A stretch of DNA of 64,000 bases, from assembly GCA_964057225.1 (NCBI GenBank), contig OZ059896.1, positions 21,948,001 to 22,012,000 on the forward strand. Direction: 5' to 3'. The notes beneath the pieces were generated by a model. That model was given only the letters and a program-made list of their open reading frames with translations. It was not told the origin of the DNA and searched no databases. Each line of letters opens with the position of its first letter. Positions within the stretch are counted from its first letter, which is position 1. Shown in pieces: positions 25,624 through 41,769 of this stretch. A program made the position numbers and the translations under genes. Origin of the DNA: Auanema rhodensis (lineage: Eukaryota; Animalia; Nematoda).

Positions 25624-28600
25624 TCGAAAAAATTTTTGTCAAAATGTTTTTGGAAACAATGTTGAGTGTACATGGAAACTCAACATACACTAATGCATCA
25701 TGTTTCAAACAATCATAACTAATTTTTGTATTAAGCGTTTCTCAATGTAGTATAGTGCATTCAATGCGGATTTTTAAGCTGCGTCGATCTGTGTTATCAG
25801 ATTTGCGCTAGCTTAAAAATGCACCGAGATATCAACTGATATCTGTTCACACTTATATCCTCGATTTTCACCCTGAAGAATTATTTTTTTCGTTGAATAA
25901 CATCGTCCATCGTCTTTGCCTTGAAAAAAGGAATCTAAAAAAATCTACTTTTTGCTAAATTATTTTGAAATTTTTCGAAAAAATTTTTGTCAAAATGTTT
26001 TTGGAAGCAATGTTGAGTGTACATGGAAACTCAACATACACTAATGCATCATTTTTCAAACGATCATAACTAATTTTTGTATTAAGCGTTTCTCAATGTA
26101 GTATAGTGCATTCGATGCGGATTTTTAAGATGCGTCGATCTGTGTTATCAGATTTGCGCTAGCTTAAAAATGCACCGAGATATCAACTGATATAAGTTCA
26201 CACTTATATCCTCGATTTTCACCCTGAAGAATTAATTTTTTCGTTGAATAACAATGTCCATCGTCTTTGCCTTGAAAAAAGGAATCTAAAAACATCTACT
26301 TTTTGCTAAATTATTTTGAAATTTTTCGAAAAAATTTTTGTCAAAATGTTTTTGGAAGCAATGTTGAGTGTACATGGAAACTCAACATACACTAATGCAT
26401 CATTTTTCAAACGATCATAACTAATTTTTGTATTAAGCGTTTCTCAATGTAGTATAGTGCATTCGATGCGGATTTTTAAGCTGCGTCGATCTGTGTTATC
26501 AGATTTGCGCTAGCTTAAAAATGCACCGAGATATCAACTGATATAAGTTCACACTTATATCCTCGATTTTCACCCTGAAGAATTAATTTTTTCGTTGAAT
26601 AACATTGTCCATCGTCTTTGCTTTGGAAAAAGGAATCTAAAAACATCTACTTTTTGCTAAATTATTTTGAAATTTTTCGAAAACATTTTTGTCAAAATGT
26701 TTTTGGAAACAATGTTGAGTGTACATGGAAACTCAACATACACTAATGCATCATTTTTCAAACGATCATAACTAATTTTTGTATTAAGCGTTTCTCAATG
26801 TAGTATAGTGCATTCGATGCGGATTTTTAAGCTGCGTCGATCTGTGTTATCAGATTTGCGCTAGCTTAAAAATGCACCGAGATATCAACTGATATAAGTT
26901 CACACTTATATCCTCGATTTTCACCCTGAAGAATTAATTTTTTCGTTGAATAACAATGTCCATCGTCTTTGCCTTGAAAAAAGGAATCTAAAAACATCTA
27001 CTTTTTGCTAAATTATTTTGAAATTTTTCGAAAAAATTTTTGTCAAAATGTTTTTGGAAGCAATGTTGAGTGTACATGGAAACTCAACATACACTAATGC
27101 ATCATTTTTCAAACGATCATAACTAATTTTTGTATTAAGCGTTTCTCAATGTAGTATAGTGCATTCGATGCGGATTTTTAAGCTGCGTCGATCTGTGTTA
27201 TCAGATTTGCGCTAGCTTAAAAATGCACCGAGATATCAACTGATATAAGTTCACACTTATATCCTCGATTTTCACCCTGAAGAATTAATTTTTTCGTTGA
27301 ATAACATTGTCCATCGTCTTTGCTTTGAAAAAAGGAATCTAAAAACATCTACTTTTTGCTAAATTATTTTGAAATTTTTCGAAAAAATTTTTGTCAAAAT
27401 GTTTTTGGAAGCAATGTTGAGTGTACATGGAAACTCAACATACACTAATGCATCATTTTTCAAACGATCATAACTAATTTTTGTATTAAGCGTTTCTCAA
27501 TGTAGTATAGTGCATTCGATGCGGATTTTTAAGCTGCGTCGATCTGTGTTATCAGATTTGCGCTAGCTTAAAAACGCACCGAGATATCAACTGATATAAG
27601 TTCACACTTATATCCTCGATTTTCACCCTGAAGAATTAATTTTTTCGTTGAATAACATTGTCCATCGTCTTTGCTTTGAAAAAAGGAATCTAAAAACATC
27701 TACTTTTTGCTAAATTATTTTGAAATTTTTCGAAAAAATTTTTGTCAAAATGTTTTTGGAAACAATGTTGAGTGTACATGGAAACTCAACATACACTAAT
27801 GCATCATGTTTCAAACAATCATAACTAATTTTTGTATTAAGCGTTTCTCAATGTAGTATAGTGCATTCAATGCGGATTTTTAAGCTGCGTCGATCTGTGT
27901 TATCAGATTTGCGCTAGCTTAAAAATGCACCGAGATATCAACTGATATCTGTTCACACTTATATCCTCGATTTTCACCCTGAAGAATTATTTTTTTCGTT
28001 GAATAACATCGTCCATCGTCTTTGCCTTGAAAAAAGGAATCTAAAAAAATCTACTTTTTGCTAAATTATTTTGAAATTTTTCGAAAAAATTTTTGTCAAA
28101 ATGTTTTTGGAAGCAATGTTGAGTGTACATGGAAACTCAACATACACTAATGCATCATTTTTCAAACGATCATAACTAATTTTTGTATTAAGCGTTTCTC
28201 AATGTAGTATAGTGCATTCGATGCGGATTTTTAAGATGCGTCGATCTGTGTTATCAGATTTGCGCTAGCTTAAAAATGCACCGAGATATCAACTGATATA
28301 AGTTCACACTTATATCCTCGATTTTCACCCTGAAGAATTAATTTTTTCGTTGAATAACAATGTCCATCGTCTTTGCCTTGAAAAAAGGAATCTAAAAACA
28401 TCTACTTTTTGCTAAATTATTTTGAAATTTTTCGAAAAAATTTTTGTCAAAATGTTTTTGGAAGCAATGTTGAGTGTACATGGAAACTCAACATACACTA
28501 ATGCATCATTTTTCAAACGATCATAACTAATTTTTGTATTAAGCGTTTCTCAATGTAGTATAGTGCATTCGATGCGAATTTTTAAGCTGCGTCGATCTGT

Positions 28601-29835
28601 GTTATCAGATTTGCGCTAGCTTAAAAATGCACCGAGATATCAACTGATATAAGTTCACACTTATATCCTCGATTTTCACCCTGAAGAATTAATTTTTTCG
28701 TTGAATAACATTGTCCATCGTCTTTGCTTTGGAAAAAGGAATCTAAAAACATCTACTTTTTGCTAAATTATTTTGAAATTTTTCGAAAACATTTTTGTCA
28801 AAATGTTTTTGGAAACAATGTTGAGTGTACATGGAAACTCAACATACACTAATGCATCATTTTTCAAACGATCATAACTAATTTTTGTATTACGCGTTTC
28901 TCAATGTAGTATAGTGCATTCGATGCGGATTTTTAAGCTGCGTCGATCTGTGTTATCAGATTTGCGCTAGCTTAAAAATGCACCGAGATATCAACTGATA
29001 TAAGTTCACACTTATATCCTCGATTTTCACCCTGAAGAATTAATTTTTTCGTTGAATAACAATGTCCATCGTCTTTGCCTTGAAAAAAGGAATCTAAAAA
29101 CATCTACTTTTTGCTAAATTATTTTGAAATTTTTCGAAAAAATTTTTGTCAAAATGTTTTTGGAAGCAATGTTGAGTGTACATGGAAACTCAACATACAC
29201 TAATGCATCATTTTTCAAACGATCATAACTAATTTTTGTATTAAGCGTTTCTCAATGTAGTATAGTGCATTCGATGCGGATTTTTAAGCTGCGTCGATCT
29301 GTGTTATCAGATTTGCGCTAGCTTAAAAATGCACCGAGATATCAACTGATATAAGTTCACACTTATATCCTCGATTTTCACCCTGAAGAATTAATTTTTT
29401 CGTTGAATAACATTGTCCATCGTCTTTGCTTTGAAAAAAGGAATCTAAAAACATCTACTTTTTGCTAAATTATTTTGAAATTTTTCGAAAAAATTTTTGT
29501 CAAAATGTTTTTGGAAGCAATGTTGAGTGTACATGGAAACTCAACATACACTAATGCATCATTTTTCAAACGATCATAACTAATTTTTGTATTAAGCGTT
29601 TCTCAATGTAGTATAGTGCATTCGATGCGGATTTTTAAGCTGCGTCGATCTGTGTTATCAGATTTGCGCTAGCTTAAAAACGCACCGAGATATCAACTGA
29701 TATAAGTTCACACTTATATCCTCGATTTTCACCCTGAAGAATTAATTTTTTCGTTGAATAACATTGTCCATCGTCTTTGCTTTGAAAAAAGGAATCTAAA
29801 AACATCTACTTTTTGCTAAATTATTTTGAAATTTT
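25624..29835. repeat. 6-monomer (2106 bp) tandem duplication
   Basis: Markers found 2106 bp apart: AAACAATC (25711/27817), TTAAGATGCG (26130/28236), TTTGGAAAAA (26626/28732) and AAAAACGCAC (27575/29681). Confidence 0.9.
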
Positions 29836-30888
29836 TCGAAAAAATTTTTGTCAAAATGTTTTTGGAAACAATGTTGAGTGTACATGGAAACTCAACATAC
29901 ACTAATGCATCATTTTTCAAACGATCATAACTAATTTCTGTATTAAGCGTTTCTCAATGTAGTATAGTGCATTCGATGCGGATTTTTAAGCTGCGTCGAT
30001 CTGTGTTATCAGATTTGCGCTAGCTTAAAAATGCACCGAGATATCAACTGATATTAGTTCACACTTATATCCTCGATTTTCACCCTGAAGAATTAATTTT
30101 TTCGTTGAATAACAATGTCCATCGTCTTTGCCTTGAAAAAAGGAATCTAAAAACATCTACTTTTTGCTAAATTATTTTGAAATTTTTCGAAAAAATTTTT
30201 GTCAAAATGTTTTTGGAAGCAATGTTGAGTGTACATGGAAACTCAACATACACTAATGCATCATTTTTCAAACGATCATAACTAATTTTTGTATTAAGCG
30301 TTTCTCAATGTAGTATAGTGCATTCGATGCGGATTTTTAAGCTGCGTCGATCTGTGTTATCAGATTTGCGCTAGCTTAAAAATGCACCGAGATATCAACT
30401 GATATAAGTTCACACTTATATCCTCGATTTTCACCCTGAAGAATTAATTTTTTCGTTGAATAACAATGTCCATCGTCTTTGCCTTGAAAAAAGGAATCTA
30501 AAAACATCTACTTTTTGCTAAATTATTTTGAAATTTTTCGAAAAAATTTTTGTCAAAATGTTTTTGGAAGCAATGTTGAGTGTACATGGAAACTCAACAT
30601 ACACTAATGCATCATGTTTCAAACGATCATAACTAATTTTTGTATTAAGCGTTTCTCAAGGTAGTATAGTGCATTCGATGCGGATTTTTAAGCTGCGTCG
30701 ATCTGTGTTATCAGATTTGCGCTAGCTTAAAAATGCACCGAGATATCAACTGATATAAGTTCACACTTATATCCTCGATTTTCACCCTGAAGAATTAATT
30801 TTTTCGTTGAATAACATTGTCCATCGTCTTTGCTTTGAAAAAAGGAATCTAAAAACATCTACTTTTTGCTAAATTATTTTGAAATTTT

Positions 30889-33800
30889 TCGAAAAAATTT
30901 TTGTCAAAATGTTTTTGGAAGCAATGTTGAGTGTACATGGAAACTCAACATACACTAATGCATCATGTTTCAAACGATCATAACTAATTTTTGTATTAAG
31001 CGTTTCTCAAGGTAGTATAGTGCATTCGATGCGGATTTTTAAGCTGCGTCGATCTGTGTTATCAGATTTGCGCTAGCTTAAAAATGCACCGAGATATCAA
31101 CTGATATAAGTTCACACTTATATCCTTGATTTTCACCCTGAAGAATTAATTTTTTCGTTGAATAACAATGTCCATCGTCTTTGCCTTGAAAAAAGGAATC
31201 TAAAAACATCTACTTTTTGCTAAATTATTTTGAAATTTTTCGAAAAAATTTTTGTCAAAATGTTTTTGGAAGCAATGTTGAGTGTACATGGAAACTCAAC
31301 ATACACTAATGCATCATTTTTTAAACGATCATAACTAATTTTTGTATTAAGCGTTTCTCAATGTAGTATAGTGCATTCGATGCGGATTTTTAAGCTGCGT
31401 CGATCTGTGTTATCAGATTTGCGCTAGCTTAAAAATGCACCGAGATATCAACTGATATAAGTTCACACTTATATCCTCGATTTTCACCCTGAAGAATTAA
31501 TTTTTTCGTCGAATAACATTGTCCATCGTCTTTGCTTTGAAAAAAGGAATCTAAAAACATCTACTTTTTGCTAAATTATTTTGAAATTTTTCGAAAAAAT
31601 TTTTGTCAAAATGTTTTTGGAAGCAATGTTGAGTGTACATGGAAACTCAACATACACTAATGCATCATGTTTCAAACGATCATAACTAATTTTTGTATTA
31701 AGCGTTTCTCAAGGTAGTATAGTGCATTCGATGCGGATTTTTAAGCTGCGTCGATCTGTGTTATCAGATTTGCGCTAGCTTAAAAATGCACCGAGATATC
31801 AACTGATATAAGTTCACACTTATATCCTCGATTTTCACCCTGAAGAATTAATTTTTTCGTCGAATAACATTGTCCATCGTCTTTGCTTTGAAAAAAGGAA
31901 TCTAAAAACATCTACTTTTTGCTAAATTATTTTGAAATTTTTCGAAAAAATTTTTGTCAAAATGTTTTTGGAAGCAATGTTGAGTGTACATGGAAACTCA
32001 ACATACACTAATGCATCATGTTTCAAACGATCATAACTAATTTTTGTATTAAGCGTTTCTCAAGGTAGTATAGTGCATTCGATGCGGATTTTTAAGCTGC
32101 GTCGATCTGTGTTATCAGATTTGCGCTAGCTTAAAAATGCACCGAGATATCAACTGATATAAGTTCACACTTATATCCTTGATTTTCACCCTGAAGAATT
32201 AATTTTTTCGTTGAATAACAATGTCCATCGTCTTTGCCTTGAAAAAAGGAATCTAAAAACATCTACTTTTTGCTAAATTATTTTGAAATTTTTCGAAAAA
32301 ATTTTTGTCAAAATGTTTTTGGAAGCAATGTTGAGTGTACATGGAAACTCAACATACACTAATGCATCATTTTTTAAACGATCATAACTAATTTTTGTAT
32401 TAAGCGTTTCTCAATGTAGTATAGTGCATTCGATGCGGATTTTTAAGCTGCGTCGATCTGTGTTATCAGATTTGCGCTAGCTTAAAAATGCACCGAGATA
32501 TCAACTGATATAAGTTCACACTTATATCCTCGATTTTCACCCTGAAGAATTAATTTTTTCGTCGAATAACATTGTCCATCGTCTTTGCTTTGAAAAAAGG
32601 AATCTAAAAACATCTACTTTTTGCTAAATTATTTTGAAATTTTTCGAAAAAATTTTTGTCAAAATGTTTTTGGAAGCAATGTTGAGTGTACATGGAAACT
32701 CAACATACACTAATGCATCATGTTTCAAACGATCATAACTAATTTTTGTATTAAGCGTTTCTCAAGGTAGTATAGTGCATTCGATGCGGATTTTTAAGCT
32801 GCGTCGATCTGTGTTATCAGATTTGCGCTAGCTTAAAAATGCACCGAGATATCAACTGATATAAGTTCACACTTATATCCTTGATTTTCACCCTGAAGAA
32901 TTAATTTTTTCGTTGAATAACAATGTCCATCGTCTTTGCCTTGAAAAAAGGAATCTAAAAACATCTACTTTTTGCTAAATTATTTTGAAATTTTTCGAAA
33001 AAATTTTTGTCAAAATGTTTTTGGAAGCAATGTTTAGTGTACATGGAAACTCAACATACACTAATGCATCATTTTTTAAACGATCATAACTAATTTTTGT
33101 ATTAAGCGTTTCTCAATGTAGTATAGTGCATTCGATGCGGATTTTTAAGCTGCGTCGATCTGTGTTATCAGATTTGCGCTAGCTTAAAAATGCACCGAGA
33201 TATCAACTGATATAAGTTCACACTTATATCCTTGATTTTCACCCTGAAGAATTAATTTTTTCGTTGAATAACAATGTCCATCGTCTTTGCCTTGAAAAAA
33301 GGAATCTAAAAACATCTACTTTTTGCTAAATTATTTTGAAATTTTTCGAAAAAATTTTTGTCAAAATGTTTTTGGAAGCAATGTTTAGTGTACATGGAAA
33401 CTCAACATACACTAATGCATCATTTTTTAAACGATCATAACTAATTTTTGTATTAAGCGTTTCTCAATGTAGTATAGTGCATTCGATGCGGATTTTTAAG
33501 CTGCGTCGATCTGTGTTATCAGATTTGCGCTAGCTTAAAAATGCACCGAGATATCAACTGATATAAGTTCACACTTATATCCTCGATTTTCACCCTGAAG
33601 AATTAATTTTTTCGTCGAATAACATTGTCCATCGTCTTTGCTTTGAAAAAAGGAATCTAAAAACATCTACTTTTTGCTAAATTATTTTGAAATTTTTCGA
33701 AAAAATTTTTGTCAAAATGTTTTTGGAAGCAATGTTGAGTGTACATGGAAACTCAACATACACTAATGCATCATGTTTCAAACGATCATAACTAATTTTT

Positions 33801-36800
33801 GTATTAAGCGTTTCTCAAGGTAGTATAGTGCATTCGATGCGGATTTTTAAGCTGCGTCGATCTGTGTTATCAGATTTGCGCTAGCTTAAAAATGCACCGA
33901 GATATCAACTGATATAAGTTCACACTTATATCCTTGATTTTCACCCTGAAGAATTAATTTTTTCGTTGAATAACAATGTCCATCGTCTTTGCCTTGAAAA
34001 AAGGAATCTAAAAACATCTACTTTTTGCTAAATTATTTTGAAATTTTTCGAAAAAATTTTTGTCAAAATGTTTTTGGAAGCAATGTTGAGTGTACATGGA
34101 AACTCAACATACACTAATGCATCATTTTTTAAACGATCATAACTAATTTTTGTATTAAGCGTTTCTCAATGTAGTATAGTGCATTCGATGCGGATTTTTA
34201 AGCTGCGTCGATCTGTGTTATCAGATTTGCGCTAGCTTAAAAATGCACCGAGATATCAACTGATATAAGTTCACACTTATATCCTCGATTTTCACCCTGA
34301 AGAATTAATTTTTTCGTCGAATAACATTGTCCATCGTCTTTGCTTTGAAAAAAGGAATCTAAAAACATCTACTTTTTGCTAAATTATTTTGAAATTTTTC
34401 GAAAAAATTTTTGTCAAAATGTTTTTGGAAGCAATGTTGAGTGTACATGGAAACTCAACATACACTAATGCATCATGTTTCAAACGATCATAACTAATTT
34501 TTGTATTAAGCGTTTCTCAAGGTAGTATAGTGCATTCGATGCGGATTTTTAAGCTGCGTCGATCTGTGTTATCAGATTTGCGCTAGCTTAAAAATGCACC
34601 GAGATATCAACTGATATAAGTTCACACTTATATCCTTGATTTTCACCCTGAAGAATTAATTTTTTCGTTGAATAACAATGTCCATCGTCTTTGCCTTGAA
34701 AAAAGGAATCTAAAAACATCTACTTTTTGCTAAATTATTTTGAAATTTTTCGAAAAAATTTTTGTCAAAATGTTTTTGGAAGCAATGTTGAGTGTACATG
34801 GAAACTCAACATACACTAATGCATCATTTTTTAAACGATCATAACTAATTTTTGTATTAAGCGTTTCTCAATGTAGTATAGTGCATTCGATGCGGATTTT
34901 TAAGCTGCGTCGATCTGTGTTATCAGATTTGCGCTAGCTTAAAAATGCACCGAGATATCAACTGATATAAGTTCACACTTATATCCTCGATTTTCACCCT
35001 GAAGAATTAATTTTTTCGTTGAATAACAATGTCCATCGTCTTTGCCTTGAAAAAAGGAATCTAAAAACATCTACTTTTTGCTAAATTATTTTGAAATTTT
35101 TCGAAAAAATTTTTGTCAAAATGTTTTTGGAAGCAATGTTGAGTGTACATGGAAACTCAACATACACTAATGCATCATTTTTTAAACGATCATAACTAAT
35201 TTTTGTATTAAGCGTTTCTCAATGTAGTATAGTGCATTCGATGCGGATTTTTAAGCTGCGTCGATCTGTGTTATCAGATTTGCGCTAGCTTAAAAATGCA
35301 CCGAGATATCAACTGATATAAGTTCACACTTATATCCTCGATTTTCACCCTGAAGAATTAATTTTTTCGTCGAATAACATTGTCCATCGTCTTTGCTTTG
35401 AAAAAAGGAATCTAAAAACATCTACTTTTTGCTAAATTATTTTGAAATTTTTCGAAAAAATTTTTGTCAAAATGTTTTTGGAAGCAATGTTGAGTGTACA
35501 TGGAAACTCAACATACACTAATGCATCATGTTTCAAACGATCATAACTAATTTTTGTATTAAGCGTTTCTCAAGGTAGTATAGTGCATTCGATGCGGATT
35601 TTTAAGCTGCGTCGATCTGTGTTATCAGATTTGCGCTAGCTTAAAAATGCACCGAGATATCAACTGATATAAGTTCACACTTATATCCTTGATTTTCACC
35701 CTGAAGAATTAATTTTTTCGTTGAATAACAATGTCCATCGTCTTTGCCTTGAAAAAAGGAATCTAAAAACATCTACTTTTTGCTAAATTATTTTGAAATT
35801 TTTCGAAAAAATTTTTGTCAAAATGTTTTTGGAAGCAATGTTGAGTGTACATGGAAACTCAACATACACTAATGCATCATTTTTTAAACGATCATAACTA
35901 ATTTTTGTATTAAGCGTTTCTCAATGTAGTATAGTGCATTCGATGCGGATTTTTAAGCTGCGTCGATCTGTGTTATCAGATTTGCGCTAGCTTAAAAATG
36001 CACCGAGATATCAACTGATATAAGTTCACACTTATATCCTCGATTTTCACCCTGAAGAATTAATTTTTTCGTCGAATAACATTGTCCATCGTCTTTGCTT
36101 TGAAAAAAGGAATCTAAAAACATCTACTTTTTGCTAAATTATTTTGAAATTTTTCGAAAAAATTTTTGTCAAAATGTTTTTGGAAGCAATGTTGAGTGTA
36201 CATGGAAACTCAACATACACTAATGCATCATGTTTCAAACGATCATAACTAATTTTTGTATTAAGCGTTTCTCAAGGTAGTATAGTGCATTCGATGCGGA
36301 TTTTTAAGCTGCGTCGATCTGTGTTATCAGATTTGCGCTAGCTTAAAAATGCACCGAGATATCAACTGATATAAGTTCACACTTATATCCTTGATTTTCA
36401 CCCTGAAGAATTAATTTTTTCGTTGAATAACAATGTCCATCGTCTTTGCCTTGAAAAAAGGAATCTAAAAACATCTACTTTTTGCTAAATTATTTTGAAA
36501 TTTTTCGAAAAAATTTTTGTCAAAATGTTTTTGGAAGCAATGTTGAGTGTACATGGAAACTCAACATACACTAATGCATCATTTTTTAAACGATCATAAC
36601 TAATTTTTGTATTAAGCGTTTCTCAATGTAGTATAGTGCATTCGATGCGGATTTTTAAGCTGCGTCGATCTGTGTTATCAGATTTGCGCTAGCTTAAAAA
36701 TGCACCGAGATATCAACTGATATAAGTTCACACTTATATCCTCGATTTTCACCCTGAAGAATTAATTTTTTCGTCGAATAACATTGTCCATCGTCTTTGC

Positions 36801-39800
36801 TTTGAAAAAAGGAATCTAAAAACATCTACTTTTTGCTAAATTATTTTGAAATTTTTCGAAAAAATTTTTGTCAAAATGTTTTTGGAAGCAATGTTGAGTG
36901 TACATGGAAACTCAACATACACTAATGCATCATGTTTCAAACGATCATAACTAATTTTTGTATTAAGCGTTTCTCAAGGTAGTATAGTGCATTCGATGCG
37001 GATTTTTAAGCTGCGTCGATCTGTGTTATCAGATTTGCGCTAGCTTAAAAATGCACCGAGATATCAACTGATATAAGTTCACACTTATAACCTCGATTTT
37101 CACCCTGAAGAATTAATTTTTTCGTCGAATAACATTGTTCATCGTCTTTGCTTTGAAAAAAGGAATCTAAAAACATCTACTTTTTGCTAAATTATTTTGA
37201 AATTTTTCGAAAAAATTTTTGTCAAAATGTTTTTGGAAGCAATGTTGAGTGTACATGGAAACTCAACATACACTAATGCATCATGTTTCAAACGATCATA
37301 ACTAATTTTTGTATTAAGCGTTTCTCAAGGTAGTATAGTGCATTCGATGCGGATTTTTAAGCTGCGTCGATCTGTGTTATCAGATTTGCGCTAGCTTAAA
37401 AATGCACCGAGATATCAACTGATATAAGTTCACACTTATAACCTCGATTTTCACCCTGAAGAATTAATTTTTTCGTCGAATAACATTGTCCATCGTCTTT
37501 GCTTTGAAAAAAGGAATCTAAAAACATCTACTTTTTGCTAAATTATTTTGAAATTTTTCGAAAAAATTTTTGTCAAAATGTTTTTGGAAGCAATGTTGAT
37601 TGTACATGGAAACTCAACATACACTAATGCATCATTTTTCAAACGATCATAACTAATTTTTGTATTAAGCGTTTCTCAATGTAGTATAGTGCATTCGATG
37701 CGGATTTTTAAGCTGCGTCGATCTGTGTTATCAGATTTGCGCTAGCTTAAAAATGCACCGAGATATCAACTGATATAAGTTCACACTTATATCCTCGATT
37801 TTCACCCTGAAGAATTAATTTTTTCGTTGAATAACATTGTCCATCGTCTTTGCTTTGAAAAAAGGAATCTAAAAACATCTACTTTTTGCTAAATTATTTT
37901 GAAATTTTTCGAAAAAATTTTTGTCAAAATGTTTTTGGAAACAATGTTGAGTGTACATGGAAACTCAACATACACTAATGCATCATTTTTCAAACGATCA
38001 TAACTAATTTCTGTATTAAGCGTTTCTCAATGTAGTATAGTGCATTCGATGCGGATTTTTAAGCTGCGTCGATCTGTGTTATCAGATTTGCGCTAGCTTA
38101 AAAATGCACCGAGATATCAACTGATATAAGTTCACACTTATATCCTCGATTTTCACCCTGAAGAATTAATTTTTTCGTTGAATAACAATGTCCATCGTCT
38201 TTGCCTTGAAAAAAGGAATCTAAAAACATCTACTTTTTGCTAAATTATTTTGAAATTTTTCGAAAAAATTTTTGTCAAAATGTTTTTGGAAGCAATGTTG
38301 AGTGTACATGGAAACTCAACATACACTAATGCATCATTTTTTAAACGATCATAACTAATTTTTGTATTAAGCGTTTCTCAATGTAGTATAGTGCATTCGA
38401 TGCGGATTTTTAAGCTGCGTCGATCTGTGTTATCAGATTTGCGCTAGCTTAAAAATGCACCGAGATATCAACTGATATAAGTTCACACTTATATCCTCGA
38501 TTTTCACCCTGAAGAATTAATTTTTTCGTCGAATAACATTGTCCATCGTCTTTGCTTTGAAAAAAGGAATCTAAAAACATCTACTTTTTGCTAAATTATT
38601 TTGAAATTTTTCGAAAAAATTTTTGTCAAAATGTTTTTGGAAGCAATGTTGAGTGTACATGGAAACTCAACATACACTAATGCATCATGTTTCAAACGAT
38701 CATAACTAATTTTTGTATTAAGCGTTTCTCAAGGTAGTATAGTGCATTCGATGCGGATTTTTAAGCTGCGTCGATCTGTGTTATCAGATTTGCGCTAGCT
38801 TAAAAATGCACCGAGATATCAACTGATATAAGTTCACACTTATATCCTTGATTTTCACCCTGAAGAATTAATTTTTTCGTTGAATAACAATGTCCATCGT
38901 CTTTGCCTTGAAAAAAGGAATCTAAAAACATCTACTTTTTGCTAAATTATTTTGAAATTTTTCGAAAAAATTTTTGTCAAAATGTTTTTGGAAGCAATGT
39001 TGAGTGTACATGGAAACTCAACATACACTAATGCATCATTTTTTAAACGATCATAACTAATTTTTGTATTAAGCGTTTCTCAATGTAGTATAGTGCATTC
39101 GATGCGGATTTTTAAGCTGCGTCGATCTGTGTTATCAGATTTGCGCTAGCTTAAAAATGCACCGAGATATCAACTGATATAAGTTCACACTTATATCCTC
39201 GATTTTCACCCTGAAGAATTAATTTTTTCGTCGAATAACATTGTCCATCGTCTTTGCTTTGAAAAAAGGAATCTAAAAACATCTACTTTTTGCTAAATTA
39301 TTTTGAAATTTTTCGAAAAAATTTTTGTCAAAATGTTTTTGGAAGCAATGTTGAGTGTACATGGAAACTCAACATACACTAATGCATCATGTTTCAAACG
39401 ATCATAACTAATTTTTGTATTAAGCGTTTCTCAAGGTAGTATAGTGCATTCGATGCGGATTTTTAAGCTGCGTCGATCTGTGTTATCAGATTTGCGCTAG
39501 CTTAAAAATGCACCGAGATATCAACTGATATAAGTTCACACTTATATCCTTGATTTTCACCCTGAAGAATTAATTTTTTCGTTGAATAACAATGTCCATC
39601 GTCTTTGCCTTGAAAAAAGGAATCTAAAAACATCTACTTTTTGCTAAATTATTTTGAAATTTTTCGAAAAAATTTTTGTCAAAATGTTTTTGGAAGCAAT
39701 GTTGAGTGTACATGGAAACTCAACATACACTAATGCATCATTTTTTAAACGATCATAACTAATTTTTGTATTAAGCGTTTCTCAATGTAGTATAGTGCAT

Positions 39801-41769
39801 TCGATGCGGATTTTTAAGCTGCGTCGATCTGTGTTATCAGATTTGCGCTAGCTTAAAAATGCACCGAGATATCAACTGATATAAGTTCACACTTATATCC
39901 TCGATTTTCACCCTGAAGAATTAATTTTTTCGTTGAATAACAATGTCCATCGTCTTTGCCTTGAAAAAAGGAATCTAAAAACATCTACTTTTTGCTAAAT
40001 TATTTTGAAATTTTTCGAAAAAATTTTTGTCAAAATGTTTTTGGAAGCAATGTTGAGTGTACATGGAAACTCAACATACACTAATGCATCATTTTTTAAA
40101 CGATCATAACTAATTTTTGTATTAAGCGTTTCTCAATGTAGTATAGTGCATTCGATGCGGATTTTTAAGCTGCGTCGATCTGTGTTATCAGATTTGCGCT
40201 AGCTTAAAAATGCACCGAGATATCAACTGATATAAGTTCACACTTATATCCTCGATTTTCACCCTGAAGAATTAATTTTTTCGTCGAATAACATTGTCCA
40301 TCGTCTTTGCTTTGAAAAAAGGAATCTAAAAACATCTACTTTTTGCTAAATTATTTTGAAATTTTTCGAAAAAATTTTTGTCAAAATGTTTTTGGAAGCA
40401 ATGTTGAGTGTACATGGAAACTCAACATACACTAATGCATCATGTTTCAAACGATCATAACTAATTTTTGTATTAAGCGTTTCTCAAGGTAGTATAGTGC
40501 ATTCGATGCGGATTTTTAAGCTGCGTCGATCTGTGTTATCAGATTTGCGCTAGCTTAAAAATGCACCGAGATATCAACTGATATAAGTTCACACTTATAT
40601 CCTTGATTTTCACCCTGAAGAATTAATTTTTTCGTTGAATAACAATGTCCATCGTCTTTGCCTTGAAAAAAGGAATCTAAAAACATCTACTTTTTGCTAA
40701 ATTATTTTGAAATTTTTCGAAAAAATTTTTGTCAAAATGTTTTTGGAAGCAATGTTGAGTGTACATGGAAACTCAACATACACTAATGCATCATTTTTTA
40801 AACGATCATAACTAATTTTTGTATTAAGCGTTTCTCAATGTAGTATAGTGCATTCGATGCGGATTTTTAAGCTGCGTCGATCTGTGTTATCAGATTTGCG
40901 CTAGCTTAAAAATGCACCGAGATATCAACTGATATAAGTTCACACTTATATCCTCGATTTTCACCCTGAAGAATTAATTTTTTCGTCGAATAACATTGTC
41001 CATCGTCTTTGCTTTGAAAAAAGGAATCTAAAAACATCTACTTTTTGCTAAATTATTTTGAAATTTTTCGAAAAAATTTTTGTCAAAATGTTTTTGGAAG
41101 CAATGTTGAGTGTACATGGAAACTCAACATACACTAATGCATCATGTTTCAAACGATCATAACTAATTTTTGTATTAAGCGTTTCTCAAGGTAGTATAGT
41201 GCATTCGATGCGGATTTTTAAGCTGCGTCGATCTGTGTTATCAGATTTGCGCTAGCTTAAAAATGCACCGAGATATCAACTGATATAAGTTCACACTTAT
41301 ATCCTTGATTTTCACCCTGAAGAATTAATTTTTTCGTTGAATAACAATGTCCATCGTCTTTGCCTTGAAAAAAGGAATCTAAAAACATCTACTTTTTGCT
41401 AAATTATTTTGAAATTTTTCGAAAAAATTTTTGTCAAAATGTTTTTGGAAGCAATGTTGAGTGTACATGGAAACTCAACATACACTAATGCATCATTTTT
41501 TAAACGATCATAACTAATTTTTGTATTAAGCGTTTCTCAATGTAGTATAGTGCATTCGATGCGGATTTTTAAGCTGCGTCGATCTGTGTTATCAGATTTG
41601 CGCTAGCTTAAAAATGCACCGAGATATCAACTGATATAAGTTCACACTTATATCCTCGATTTTCACCCTGAAGAATTAATTTTTTCGTCGAATAACATTG
41701 TCCATCGTCTTTGCTTTGAAAAAAGGAATCTAAAAACATCTACTTTTTGCTAAATTATTTTGAAATTTT
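30889..41769. repeat. Domain dominated by a 2-monomer (702 bp) higher-order repeat
   Basis: Type X monomers (CATGTTTC, CAAGGTAG, TCCTTGAT, ACAATG, GCCTTG) alternate with type Y monomers (CATTTTTTAAAC, CGTCGAAT, GCTTTG), with occasional interruptions. Confidence 0.85.
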